Origin: Octopus sinensis
Lineage: Eukaryota
DNA length: 64,000 nucleotides
Direction of reading: 5' to 3'
NCBI RefSeq assembly: GCF_006345805.1
Contig: NW_021831287.1
Location: 1 to 64,000 of the forward strand
The notes beneath the pieces were generated by a model. It ran no database searches and was not told the DNA's origin. It saw only the letters and a program-made list of their open reading frames with translations. The position numbers and the translations under genes are program-made. Below are positions 13,176-26,539 of the stretch, one piece after another. Numbering within the stretch: the first letter of the stretch is position 1; every line of letters starts with the position of its first letter.

Positions 13176-14503
13176 TCAGTTGAGAGTCACAACCAAGATT
13201 GTGTCCTCGTCACAAATCCGAAGACTGTAGAGTAGTTTGTTAGGATATTTAAGCTCCTCTGGCCCCCCGACGTGGTTGTCGTGAAACATTTTAAACTTGA
13301 TGTTTCTTTTGTTGTCGAACAATTCTCGACAAATCAGCTTTCTGAGCTCAGTGACAGACATTTTGACACTGACAGGGACAGTCTTGCTGCAAAATCCATC
13401 GCAAAAAAGTCTTAAACTGACAACCTTGGGAGGCGTCAAGTCCACATCCAAGAGAGGACCCAAATCCCCGTGGATCTCCCTCAGTTCGTAAAACCGCTCT
13501 GGCTTGTCATGTCTCTGTGTGTAGTGTCTAATGAACGCCCGTTCTGCATTCTCTCGGTCTTGGTCACTCACTCTCGTCCTGTTGAGAACACGCAGACTTG
13601 GAAGGTACGAAATGCACCAATCACGCCGAATCCTCTGCGGAATGTTCTACAAGTCACGTTTTTCTAAATCAAACGTCAATCAACGGAATTCTGAGGAGTT
13701 GAATGTTCGTCAAAAACGGAAACGTGTTGAGGTGAGTGACTTGCGACCAGTCCCGCAGAAGAGTGTCGCAAAGGTTGATTTCCTCCAGTCGACACTCCCC
13801 ACAGTCCAGTCCACGCAAATCCACGAACGGATTTTCTCGTATTGACAGGTATGTGAGCCCGGGAAATAAATGTAAGAATTTATTCAAGTCTTCAGAGTCT
13901 GAAAGTTTGTTTCCCGCCAAATAAAGTTTCCTCAATGACGGGAAACGGGGGGACCTCTCCATCCCGCCCACCAGATTGTCATATTCGTTAAGACACAGCC
14001 ACAAATTGGCAATACTGAACATTTGGCAACATTTGGAACCTCGGAAGTTTTGTAAGCAGTTCATCCAGTAGAAAGGAGATTTGCACGTGGGTAGAATTCA
14101 AGACAAGTTCTGTGAGGTTGGGATGAAGGGGGGTCTGGGAGATGGACTCAATGTCCGTGGCCAAGTGGAGAGGGTTGAAACTGAGGTCCAGGAAATGAAG
14201 TTTTGAAAGCCTTGTGAGAAGAATTGCGACCTAAAAGAACTGAAAAGAGCCCACATCACTCCACGAACAAATCGAATTTTCACTCAAATCCAGTTCGCTG
14301 AGATGCTCGATCTGCCCGAGGGAGGCAAAGTCCCCCAAACAACCAATCGCCCTCCCAGAAAGGGATAATCTTTTCATTTTGTCTATTTTTAATTTCCCTT
14401 GCTTACCCGGCTTTGGCGAAGTGGATAAAATGAGGACCGAATCTGAGTGGTCTTGCCTCGTCTCTGCTGTGACGTCACCAATGGCATCAGATATTGATTT
14501 CAT
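13176..14503 (-). CDS. TBCEL: Tubulin-specific chaperone E-like protein (LRR + ubiquitin-like domain, no CAP-Gly)
   Basis: SELDLSEN..W, LWLCLNEY, DRENAERAFIRHY and GPEELKY match TBCEL. Four introns of 24, 24, 25 and 28 nt restore one frame. Confidence 0.88.
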
Positions 14504-15129
14504 GGACTATTTGTGAATATTATTAGGTTTAGTGGCGACGGTCAAATATAGGTTATATCTACATTTTATTTTAGGGAATTGATATGGGTATTTAATGCTT
14601 TCAAATTGTGAGAAAATCAGCAGTTACAAATTCAGGTCAATTTAAAATTTGAATTAGTTATCATACTATTAGTTTTGAATTAATTTATAATTAAATCAAT
14701 TAAAACAAATATTGCTTAAATCTCTGTCGAGTCGTGTTCTATTCTATAGCTAATATTCCAAAACCATCGCATCCAAGGAGACATTGGAGTTACCCTTGGA
14801 GGGGAAGAAAAGCTTCTCACTCAAAGTCGTGACTTTTTTGTATTAATAATAATATATTGAATGTTAATTAAAAAAGTAATAAAATCACGACCTTTGTGTA
14901 GTGTGTCATCACATGGACTTTTATTATTATTATTATTTAAGCCAAAAACAGAATCACCGTCTTAACCATTAACTAACGTGTTCAGGTGATTCCGACACTT
15001 CTCAACAGTCTAGCCATCTTTCACGATGTTCAGACCGTGACCCCACACACTTCTGATGTACGGTGAAATGCTTGTGGTCCATCTCCACGATCCCTCCCAC
15101 TTGCCTCTACAAGAGACTCCAGTGTTCGA

Positions 15130-15437
15130 TGGACAATTTTCATGTCGGTATGGTCCTTCAGTATGTTTATGGATTTTTCTTGGATTTTCTCGATTTTTAG
15201 TTGGTTCGTTGCCGCCAGGTTACAGCCCCAAGCAGCACATGCATAGCCTATTGTTGGCTCGATATACTGCTTGTAAGGGTCTCTACCCCTGGCGGACAAG
15301 TTCTCCCACAGTTCGAAAGAAAGGCTTTCACAAAATTGATTTTCTTTATACAAGTTGACACGATTGATTCAACATGAGGTGAGAAACAGAGGAAAGTGTC
15401 AAACGTTACACCCAATATCTTCTGTGTCAAACGTTAC
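15130..15437 (-). mobile_element. LINE RT C-terminal fragment abutting the PSMD12 5' end
   Basis: KILGVTFD.FL.F..HV and YKQYIEPTIGYACAAW motifs. A 12-bp direct repeat GTCAAACGTTAC (15398 and 15426) lies at its 5' junction. Confidence 0.7.
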
Positions 15438-15449
15438 CCAACTCGATAG

Positions 15450-16887
15450 ATGGGCAACTAAAGAAGCACGACTATTCCTCCGAAGTGACCGAAACAATAC
15501 AAAACTCGAGAAAACTTCTTCAAGTACAAAATTATACCCAACAAACAGAGCCAATTCCCCTTAGCTGTGTCCAACCTCTTGGAACTTGAGAAAAAGTCGA
15601 GAATGGCCAACGACTCCGAATCGACAGCCCGTATATTAGTAGAAATAGCCTCACTCCACCAAATAAGAGGGGAGTGGGCCGGACTGTGTGACATAATCCC
15701 CCTTCTGTGTCGAAAGAGAGCCCAATTCAAACAAGCACAGCACGCCCTGATAAAGCAAGTGTTTGAATATGTGAAGGACACCCCCAACACAGCCACACAA
15801 GTCAGACTAATCGAGACTCTCCTCCAAGTGAGTGAAGGAAAGGTCGAGTGATCCCCACTTTGGCAGATCTTTGCAGAAGTGGAGAGGGCGAGGCTGACGA
15901 TGATGCTGTGTAAAATAAGGCAGGAGAAGGGGGACGTGGAGGGGGCCTACGACCTGATGATTCCCGTCCAAGTGGAGACATTCACTTCCCTCGACCAACA
16001 CGAAATGACTCTCTTCATCCTCGAGCAGATGCAGCTCTGTCTTAGCCTCTCCAAGTACGACAGGGCGGCCATCATCGGCAGGAAAATAGTCCCCTCCAAT
16101 CTCGAACCAGTTTATTCTTCCTTTTTGACAGACCAGGATTGGCGGTCGTTGTTTTACACATATATGATTTCGATTGAAAAGCACGTCTGTAACTACCTCG
16201 AGGTGGCCAAATACTACTTGGCTATTCTGGAGGCGATTCCTCAGTTGGAGTGGAGAAAGGTCTCCGCTGTGGTTTATTGGGCAGACTCTGGCCAATGCAG
16301 TGAATTATGCAATATTGGCCCCACATTGTCCCCAACAAGTCGAGGTGCTCCATCAAATCAACTCAATCAGAAGACTTGACTTGCTTGTTGAACACAAGTT
16401 TGTTTGGATTGTCAGTTTGTGAGGAATATTCTTCAAGTTTTTATTGAGGCTGAGATTGTCGGCTCAGAACAGTTTTTTGCCAGGTTTTCAGACCTGTTCT
16501 GGAAGGATCCTCTGTCCTCGGGTACGTTTGGGTGCGGGGACGTGGAGTTGGAGCAGTTGAGGATTCGGATAATCGAGCATGTTGGTGTCTGTGTGAGTAT
16601 TAGAGAACATGTGGGTGATCGCCAAGTCGTATGGCTGCATTACCATATCTCGGGCTGCCCAGTTGTTGCAGTTGTCGGAGGACGAGACTGAGAAGCATTT
16701 GTCCAAGTTTGTGGTCGATGGGAGAACATGGGCGAGGATTGACCGGATTAAGAGAATCGTCAATTTTAGAAAAGTGGAGAAGTACGAGGAGACGTTGGAC
16801 AGATTGTCAGCCACCACTGAACGTCTTATGATGAATGTGTCCAAAGTTGTTCATCTCATTAACAAGGAGGCGCTCAAAGCTCTCTGA
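15450..16887 (+). CDS. PSMD12: 26S proteasome lid subunit RPN5; start codon one base out of frame as assembled
   Basis: LLELEKKSR, EGK|IFAEVERARLT, QVETF, FILEQMQLCL, IIEH|NMWVIAKSY and ARIDR match PSMD12. Six micro-introns at conserved positions. Confidence 0.92.
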
Positions 16888-18560
16888 TTTTTCCTTGTTT
16901 CCTAATAATGTGGGCTGTTCTTGTAGTTGTGTTGCATTTTTGATTGCTAAAAATTGTAAAAATCAACCCTGGCTCGATTCTTACCGACAATCGAAAGCTT
17001 ATGGTAATGTCACCAATTCTCAGTCATCTTTCAAAAATGTATATTCAGCTCACTCAATCTCAGTCAATTTTAGAGAATCTATTCTGGAATGAAACACGGT
17101 GCCTTGCCCAAACAAAATGTCACGACGTTGCAAGTCGTTCAAAATCGCAGTGGAAACAGAAATCTGTTTGGTTTCGAAAAAGTTCACATTTTTGACAGAA
17201 ATAAAAGGAATCAAATAATCTTTGGTGATTTGTCAACATGTCCTCTCCAAAGTAATAAATACTTGGACAGAGCCATACAAACATTTTAGAAACTGGTATT
17301 TCGTAAGCTCTCGTTCCACCGGAATGTTGTAGATCAAGGCAGCCTGACTATAATTGTCCGACTATTCAATTATAAATAAAGTATAAACATGTATGAACAA
17401 ATTTAAGTTGCATCATACATAATATCATAACTCATCCCCAAAATCCTGGTAATCTACAAAAATTTATCGTCAGGAAATACCAAATTGTGGAGATTATTTT
17501 CCAAAATAAGTTTAGTTAACATAAAAGAATCATCTCAAAATGCAATCATTTTCAAATTCTGACACAAAGATGCTTAAAAAACGAGATCACTTTTCCAAAA
17601 AAGACCACTAATGATCATAAATTAACAATTTGTACGGTAGAAATTTCTACGGGAGAACTGGCAAGAATTAAAGGAGGCAATGTCCGAAATAGTTATTTCC
17701 AATGGGAACAACCAGAAAGAATAATATTGCCACTAAATACAGCAAAAGAGCCAGCCAAATCGAAATATTTATTTCTGACGTCTCTTCAGTCCAAATCACC
17801 AACGTGTTGTCACACATTGAGATTGCCCTTGAAGGCGTTTCATATTATTTTTGATATTTTTGGAAAATAAAGGAGACTGGCTTGCAAACCATAGGTCCTG
17901 GCCTTCAAAGTTGGCCGAAACACAAGTCGAAATAAAACGGTCAGAGACATCCAGAGACCCCCTCTTGCCAATCTTCAACCTGAGTCAATACTTTGCTATT
18001 CTAGAAAGATATCCCACACGAAACATCTGATGCGGGGAGGAGGTCTAGCACAAAATACAGTGGGGCAAATAAGTAATGGAACGCCTATCTTTTTTAATTT
18101 GGTAAAAATTGAATTAATTCTCTCGGCAAAAACGGGCCAAAATAAGAAACCCCAGAAACCGTCCACAAAAACATTAAATGATTTTTTAGACCAATAAAAT
18201 AAAAATCGAAGCGAGCCTAAAAAAGCCTTTACACTCACAGTGCTCAGGTTTAGTGGAAAGTTCTCAGCTCCTATGGAAGCCCTCTTGCAGTCCTATGAAT
18301 AAAAAATATAATGCAATTGCGGGAATCAAGGTACACTTTCAAGACACACTTGCGCGGATTCACGTGAGGAAAATCGGGCAAAAATGAGGACCCCCTAAAG
18401 TGTGTCGGAATCACGTGCATTTATTTTTCCGTTTCTTGTGTTTTGTTTGGGAAATATAAACAAATAAATATGACAAAAAACGAATCAAAAATATTCAATT
18501 AATTGTTACAAACACTAAAAAATTCCCTAAATTGATTGTTTTTAAAATAAATTAATAAAA

Positions 18561-20791
18561 ATGTCCCGAGTGCGCACACTTTACGACGTGTTGGTGGTGG
18601 GAGGAGGACATGCCGGATGTGAGGCAGCCCACGCAGCCCACCGAATGGGTCTCTCCACATCCTTAGTGACGGACAACATCAAATCAATAGGCAACAACTA
18701 ATAGTTCTACCCCCAGGAGAAATGTCCTGCAATCCCTCTTTCGGTGGAATCGGGAAGGGCCATCTTATGAGAGAAATCGACGCCCTCGATGGACTGTGTC
18801 CCAAGCTTTGTGGTCTAAACTTTACTTATTTGAACAGATAAGGCAGGAATTCACTTCCGTGTTTTAAACAAGAGTCACGGACCGGCTGTGTGGGTTTGTC
18901 CAACCAGTCTACTGCAGGGACTCAGAGCACAAATCTGCCGAGCCAAATACAGAACATTAATGCAGGCAGAATTACTGTGCAATTCCCACAATCTCGACAT
19001 TATTGAGACTAAAGTGGAAAACTTGTGCATAGAGGAGGGACAGTCAGGCCTCAAATGCACTGGAGTGGTCACTGGTGAGATATTCACTACTTTTATCCAG
19101 AATGTGGACTGATTCGTGCTAAAACTGTTATTTTGGCCACGGGAACGTTTTTGGGTGGGCAAATAAATATCGGAAAGGAGTCCTTTCCAGCGGGAAGACT
19201 CAATGAATCTCCCTCCAATGGTCTCTCTAATTGCCTTGAAAAATATTTTTCAATTACTCGACTGAAGACTGGTTTGATTGTTCCTGCCTAATTAAAGGGA
19301 CTCCCCCGAGAATTAGAAGGTCGACCATCAACTTATCACTCACCCAGCCTTCTCTCCCAGACATGCCTCCACTTCCTTTCTCTGTTATGAACAACAAAGT
19401 ATTAATTCCGGTTTATTGGGGTTTATTTGATGGCTAGTCTGAGGGACAATTGTACTGCTATAAGACAGAAACGAACTGTAGAGTTGCTCAGGTAGTCCGG
19501 GACAGTCTCCATCTTAATAACCATGTGAGAGAAGAAGTGGTGGGACCTCGATACTGCCCTTCGATAGAAGTATTGCCTCTTGATTTTGCTAGTCGAAAAT
19601 ATTGCGTTTTGGTGAGAGACGACACCCAGTCTGGCTCGAACCCGAAGGCTTTGAGTCTGATTTGATATATCCTCAGGGTCTGTCCTGTACGATGCCTCAG
19701 GAATATCAGCAAAAGCTTATTAATTGCATTCCGGGTCTTGAAAATGCAAAAATAACAGTTCCAGGTTGCCATCGTTAAATATTTGCCTTTTATTATACAC
19801 TTAATAATTTAAAGGATATGGAGTAGAATACGATTTTGTGGACCCACGTCAATTAAAATTAACTTTGGAAACAAAGGCAATCGCGAATTTATATTTTGGA
19901 GGTCAAATAAACGGGACAACAGGGTACGAAGAGGCAGCAGCCCAGGTTGTGTTGAAAAGTAATTGAAGGGAATTGTGGCAGGAATAAATGCAGGGTGTCG
20001 TGTGTTGGGACATCAGGAATATATAATAAGTCGATCGATGGGGTACATTGGAGTACTCATTGACGACATTGTGTGTCGTGGAGTGACCGAGCCTTACAGA
20101 ATGTTCACCAGCAGGGCAGAATATCGAATCACCCTTCGGCCTGACAACGCTGCAGAGAGACTCACACTGGGTAGCCCAATGGCAATATTTCAGACAATCA
20201 GACTGGCTGTGTCTCCCAGGAAAGAATGGCCGCTGCCCGGGAATTTCGGGATCGGTTGGAGGGGGCGGTGGAACTGCTTTCGAGGATTGTCCTTCCTCCA
20301 CATCACTTGGCAAATCCTTCCAGAAAGCATTTAAAGTAGTCAATTTAGACCAATTCAAGTGCATTGAAGTGTCTATCTCAGGATAATGTGGATGTTACTA
20401 ATTTGATTCCCGTCCTCCCTCAGATTAGGGAGTATGTCGAGAAGAATGGGGAATACGACTGCCACATGATGCTCAGACTCAAATGCGAGGGTTATTGAGG
20501 CAGGTCATCTGCTAGGACTGTACAGACATGCGGTTATGATTCAGAGTGAGGAGATGAATTATTTCCAAAAGCAATCAGAAATCAAAATCCCTCACAATTT
20601 TGATATTGACAGGTTTTGTTATTTGTCATTTTCAGTCTGTGTGTCTCTTATGAGATTAGAGAGAAGGTTCGACAGTATCGGCCGAGGACTGTAGTCTTCC
20701 AAGTGATGTGTAGGTAGGGCAAGCCAGTAGAATCGAAGGAATGACTCCCGCAGCCTTGATGATTATTTTATATGCAATTGAACGTAATTAA
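18561..20791 (+). CDS. MTO1: Mitochondrial tRNA modification enzyme MTO1 (MnmG/GidA family), 14 introns
   Basis: [53 protein letters not shown] and [16 protein letters not shown] at 20789-20791. Confidence 0.96.
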
Positions 20792-20881
20792 TTTTTTTGA
20801 AATCAACAAAACAAGAAACAAAATCAGTGTAATTTCTAACCATTAAATTTGGCATGTTTTTAAGCATCTCTTAATCTAAAG

Positions 20882-21411
20882 CAGGGGTTCTCAACCTTTT
20901 TAGCTCAAGGGCCAAATCGATAATTAAGATTAGCTTCGCGGGCCGCACAAAAAATATTATATATATTTTTATATTTTCCATTTTACTAAATATTGATTCG
21001 CATAAATATGTAGATTCATATATGCATTGTGTGTTATATTTTTGAATTTGTCTGGAGGAATTAATTCGTAAAAATTAATAATGGACGCATTTTTGAATAA
21101 TGCCGCCAGTTCTATATTATGTTGTAAATTAATGCGTTCTAGTTGAAACTTTGCAGGCGCATCCTTAATTTCCACGCTGAATGGAGTTACGAATATTTTC
21201 ATTAAAGGAAGGAATTCTTTAAAATTCTAAAAATTAAATTTATAATGTACCCCAAAACGTGCTTCAAATTGACTAATGAAATCACCAATTATGGATATGT
21301 TTAACCTTAAGAATGAATAATTGAATTTAAACATTATTAAAAAATTAAAAAAGTTAGTTACTCTAGAGGGGCCGCAAAAAAAATCATGGGGGCCGCATTT
21401 GAGAACCGCTG
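20882..21411 (-). mobile_element. Non-autonomous hAT element (530 bp) with intact ends
   Basis: TIRs CAGGGGTTCTCAA / CAGCGGTTCTCAA; perfect 8-bp TSD ATCTAAAG (20874-20881, 21412-21419) with central TA. Internal GTF2IRD2/SPIN-like transposase C-terminal remnant at 20969-21202. Confidence 0.93.
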
Positions 21412-22344
21412 ATCTAAAGAGTTAAATTACTTCTTGTCCTTACTCTTGCCAACGAAATCAACATTTTAGTCAATTTTGGAACAAGACTCCAAACGTGGCC
21501 AAACCATTTTGTATAATATTTGATCAATGTTCAGCTTTGAGCAAGTGTCACGGGAAGGTTATTCTTGGTCTAGAGTGGATCACTTATACTGGATGTATAT
21601 TAAAATATTTTGATACATTAAACATCTAATATGGATATCGACGCGTTTTCACGTATAGGCAGATAAAAACATTTTGGAACCTAATTCTAACATTACAATC
21701 TGTCTCCCGAAATCAGAAAATATTCCTAAATAAAAAGCTTATCTTATTAACTGACAAAAATATGAAAATGAATGCACCTCAAAATTATAAAAGACAAATA
21801 ATCACGGAGGAAGTATATAATGTGTTAGTTTAGTAACAGTAGACTGCAACCTCTCTGCTTTCATTAAGCAATGTTCAATGAAAAATGGAATGTGAATAAT
21901 AAATATTCTAAGACACCAATTAACTAACCCAATTATTCGTGTGCCCCAGAAAATGTGCATTTTTACCAATGGGTCTCAACCCACAATGTACACTTAAATA
22001 TTCTCATATAAGGATTACGAATTTCAATTCTCCGATAAGTATAATATTAACTGGCAAAAGTTTGGAAACAAATGCGAATTCAGGAAGCGGAGCAAGACTA
22101 AGATCCGAGAATCCATATGGTGGGTTAGTTCACTCACAATAGATTGCAAACTCTGTCGCTATCCAGCATCAAGAAATATGCTGTGCAGCCAGTATTGCCG
22201 AAAATAAATTAATGTTCTGTATGAAACACAGAAACCCCTGATTTATTTCTATGCAAAAACCAATGGAAGGATTCAACAGCATCAACGTTGGAATCATTTA
22301 AACAATCAAAGAGAATTGCATCCAATGGTTTTTTCATTATTTAC

Positions 22345-22575
22345 TCAATTAAAGAGGCTTGTGAAGCACTAGCCAACGCTACCCGCCAATTGTCGTTTTC
22401 CAAGCCAAAGAATGTTCCCTTCCTTTTCAAACTTGATATTAAGAATGCTTTCAATAGCGTCAGGAGGGGCCACATGCTCGAGGCAGTGTCCCAACGCTGT
22501 CCCGAGTTATTTCCAATAGTTTCTCTTGCATATTCCATTCCAAGCAACTTGCTGTTTTCCGGGAAAGTCATTAGG
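22345..22575 (+). mobile_element. CRE-clade RT fragment
   Basis: ACEALANATRQ and FKLDIKNAFNSVRRGHMLEAV. Confidence 0.8.
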
Positions 22576-22576
22576 T

Positions 22577-22987
22577 AGGAATGTGATTTGGTCAAAAATT
22601 AAATATGAACTATCGAGGGATGATACAGAAAATCGACCAAAAAATAAACATCAACAAAAGGATAAAATATTAGAAATTTGGAATAAAATTCCAATTGATT
22701 TTATTCGAAAATTAATAAATTCGATGAAAACTCGTAGTTTAGAGTTATATAAATCGAGAGGAAAGCATATTCCTTACTGATATTTTATTTTCTGACATTT
22801 GTCCGGAATTTTTTGTCTTGAAAAAATCGGTTTTTGCTTTATTCTCAATATTTTAAAAAGATTTATGGATAAATATTATGAAATTAAAAAATATAGATGA
22901 TATTAGCATGCTTAAGTTTTTAATTTAATAAAATTGATAATAAAAATGACGATTTATTAACTGTCCGGATTTTAATGTCGAGGGGTG
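22577..22987 (+). mobile_element. Tc1/mariner 3' end (transposase C-terminus plus right TIR)
   Basis: NVIWSKIK...W.KIP....KLINSMKTR......RG.HIPY* is a typical Tc1 C-terminus. Ends ...GAGGGGTG followed by TA; TGTCCGGA is repeated at about 22800 and 22962. Confidence 0.75.
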
Positions 22988-23999
22988 TAAATGCAGAACT
23001 CTTCTTCTCTTGATAAAATAAATAGAACAGATCGAATTCGCCACGTCGAAATTTTGAAAGAATTTTTAATATCATCCACTGATAAACTGACGTTAAGAAA
23101 CAAGAAGGCATTGTTTCTTAACATATATCAAGAGGTAATCGGCTGCATGAAAAATACAAAACAATATCTCTTTGAGGAAACCGCCATATTCTCTTTGATT
23201 GAGTCATTTCAGAACAACCAGCACCATGAAGACAAGTAAACGACCAAAAACTTGGTCAAAACTTTGAAATGGGAGAGATTATATAATTTTAAGAAACAGA
23301 TTAGAAACAGATGTGAGGAATAAAATCGGAAAATATGACAAAATGACGAAATTTCAGATAATTAAATCACTAAAAAAAACTTCATCACGAAATATTCCTT
23401 CTGAATCCAATTTAATACAAAAAATAAAGCAAAGCTAATTAATAAAGCAATACAACAAACTAAATAAACTGTATCTAGAGAGGTCATAATCTATTAGGTT
23501 TGCCATTAAAAATTAAGATAATTGAACAATAATTAATGAAAAATAGTTTATAATTATTATTGAAATAATTATTTATTTATTATTTATTTATTAACTCCAA
23601 GATCACCGAGAAAGATAGGTCAGAACTAACTAATTAGGTGATCCCTGCCTCCAACCACAGCCGTACTTTCCTTACATGATCTTCTGATGACCCGACCGTA
23701 ATCCGGAAAAGCCTTCTCTTCCTTCTGCAGAGGAACTCAATTGGAGTGCATTTCTTTATAACCGACCGAAATTCCTCTGCATGTGCCACCTTTTCCTTGA
23801 GTGGGTTTCCCAGTTCCTTGCAGAAACGTTGAAATAATTATCTGTATCTTTTATTTAGATTTTTTTAATCGCTCCATAAAAAGTACTTCAAATTAAATTG
23901 TTTAAGTTCATTTTTTACTAAGCATAAATACAACCATTTCTGAAATATATATTTGATCAAAAAGACTTCTTATTTAAGGTGCCGTGTCAAAAGTGCTTT

Positions 24000-24510
24000 C
24001 CATGGTCGGCGTGATCATAAAATTATTGTTGGACACTAAAGAGACGCTATAATTCTCCGAAACGCTGAAATTCCTACCCGCAACTACTTTTCCTCCGCGG
24101 CAACTGACCTCTCATGGGACTTTCTCGTGAAAGGAATCCATACAGCGGCTGGCAAACACATCTAAAGACAGATATAGAAAACCCAGTCTGGAAAGGTATG
24201 CAATCCAGATGTGTATTCACATGCCTGGTTAAATGTCATTCCACTGCCAAGTATTGGGAACCTTCTGGACAATGAGTTTGTTAGGACAGGGGTTTGTTTA
24301 CGCCTCGGTCTCTGCCTATGTGAGCCACATGTCTGCCCCTTCGTGCAAAAATCTGCCGTATCCCGCGGCATGTTGCTCTAAATGATCTCATCAGCAGAGC
24401 CTTAGAAGTCGCCGGAATCCCCTCCATACTCGATCGAGGGGACGGGAGAGAACGGACGGGATTATTGTGTTTCTCTTCAACAAAGGGAACCCACTTACCT
24501 GGGACGCCCG
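24000..24510 (+). mobile_element. CRE-clade fragment (zinc-knuckle/RLE region), degraded
   Basis: SHAWLNVIP...GVCLRLGLCLCEPH.C and PRH.ALNDLI.RAL..AGIPS..DRGDG. Confidence 0.75.
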
Positions 24511-25309
24511 CGAATCGAGCTAAATGGGATTAGAAGAAAACTGAGTAAATTCAGCAGAAAATTGAGACTAACAGTAAACAAATAATAATATAGCATTTCA
24601 GCAGAGCCATAGCATTCTATAGCTCCCACACTTTATTTTAAGTAAAGAGTTTACTAATCGAGGTAAGGCCAATTACATTTCATAAAATAAAACAAAAATA
24701 CATTTCAATATTAAATTTGTGTATCGCTTGACATTTCGATCTAAGTTTGTATACATCTCAAATCTATGATTCATTTACTGATCTCACTTAGTTTGCTATT
24801 GATTCCACTTATTTGCTGGTAATCTCATTTAGTGTGGGAAAAGATATAGTTAATGGCAAAATTAACTCATTTTATAACTTATTGCGTACATTTCCCAAAA
24901 TTTGTTTAGGGTTAACTGACGTACAATAGCAATGGCGATTGGCTGGTTGTTTAATTCCCAACCGATCCACTTCCATTATTGGTGACTATCTGAATATCAA
25001 TTATGACGGTAAACCTAAAGCTTTTGTTAATATTGTAAATTTTATGTTAGTCAACCAATATAATGGATTATTCAGAAACCACGCCACCGAGAGATCTAAA
25101 GAAGTCATTTGCGATGCCATCAACATATCGAGAGATGAAATGATACAAGCATGCCAAAATATGAAACTTAAGTAGCCCGTTAATCTTACTTTATCCGAGA
25201 AAATTCCTAGTTTTCTGGATCCAATTAAGGCTCTAGACACTTTAGCTTTCATTCTCAGCGTTTTCATGCCACGATAAAACCCTCCAGTTAACAACAATTG
25301 ATTAGCGGA

Positions 25310-25558
25310 TACTTACTGTCTTAATAGTTATCATAACATAAATTTGTTCATTTTTGCTCTTCGCATTGATAGGTTATTTTCAAAACTAACGACCTACAAA
25401 GAAAATCTTGATATCATTTGTAAAACTTTAAATTTAACATTAGAGGCATTATAGATTCTATTGGCCCTAATTCTAAAGTCAGGTGCAATTCAAGTCGTAT
25501 TAATCCTACTTACTTGTCCTGTTCAGCGCACATTATTATCTTCATTTTCCTAGTGTCA
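25310..25558 (+). mobile_element. Possible Penelope-like RT C-terminal relic
   Basis: Weak resemblance (LN...LRIDRL..K...KENLDII.KTL) to PLE thumb regions; stops present. Confidence 0.25.
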
Positions 25559-25569
25559 CCTTAAAAGTT

Positions 25570-26539
25570 TTTTTTTTTTTTTTTTTTTTAGGTCTTTTTA
25601 TTTTTTTTTTAATTAAGTAAATTTATGATGTTAATTCTTTGATTGAGAGGACGCGCGAATAGATAGGCAGTTTCCGCGCAATATCGCGAGCGAAATGCGC
25701 TGAAAAAGCCAACTAGACTCACGTTTCTCGTGACTCTTCCTTGAGATCATCAAGCCGATTTCCGAAAGGAACTCAAGAGCTTTTGGGCCGATTATCCCGC
25801 TCGTTTCGAAAGCCAGGGGGACGAAAAGGCAGGTGTTCTCCAATGAGGCATACTTTGTTATTTTTTTTGTTTCGGCATGTGCGGAGGCTGAGCCAGGTCG
25901 GGAGGCAGAGTCCATGAGAGATGACGAGGAAAACGAGTCGACACAGGTCACGTCCCAAACGAGAGCGAGTCCCCCCTTGAACGGGAATAGCGTGGACCCG
26001 TCGCCACGGTCTAAACCAACCGGCTCTAGGACCGAAGGGAATCCAGCGGCGTTGAGCGCGCGCTTGACAATATCATTCAAGGCGGCATGTCTGGGTATAC
26101 GGCCGGTACTGAGGCGACAAGAGAGGGGGTGTAGCCCTCTCCTGTCAATGACCTTTCCGCATCTGCACTGATGTGGCAGGCAAATCTCTATGCCAAGCCG
26201 TAAACAGATTCCGATGCGGACAGATTCGTCGTCCAGCAACATTCCAGCAGAGGAAATCGGCAAAGCGTCAAGCCAATCGGCCGAGTGGGGTTGACAGGCA
26301 CAATTGATGCTTGCCAACTGAAACTGGTCAGCACGTAGGCGGATATCTTCGAGTGTATGCACACAATGTATCTCATCCCAGTTCTTTTGAACTGAGGGGA
26401 CGTCCGGGATTTTAAGCCCACGAGAAATCCACATGTTGACACCCGCCGCATATTCCAACAACTCGGGCTGTTCAGGGTATACGGCCGGTACTGAGGCGAC
26501 AAGAGAGGGGGTGTAGCCCTCTCCTGTCAATGACCTTTT
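25570..26539 (-). mobile_element. CRE-clade 3' portion with intact RLE ORF, poly(A) tail and 11-bp TSD
   Basis: ORF 25631-26530 (ICLRLG..CRCG..HPLSC..RHAALND..WDVTC..FETSG..QRISLAILRGN). Poly(A) tail about 25568-25588. CCTTAAAAGTT at 25559-25569 and 26540-26550. Confidence 0.93.

Noticed and set aside
14822-14895. Imperfect inverted repeat (AAAGTCGTGAC / TCACGACCTTT) between TBCEL and PSMD12
   Set aside because: Short, AT-rich spacer and no TSD; cannot distinguish a MITE remnant from chance.
14990-15130. Exon-like, GC-richer segment with a possible 22-nt GC-AG intron on the minus strand
   Set aside because: No recognisable protein in any frame; may be a remnant of a gene disrupted by the LINE.
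17000-18420. Several 60-85 aa ORFs between PSMD12 and MTO1
   Set aside because: Only faint LINE-RT-like traces; too degraded to call.
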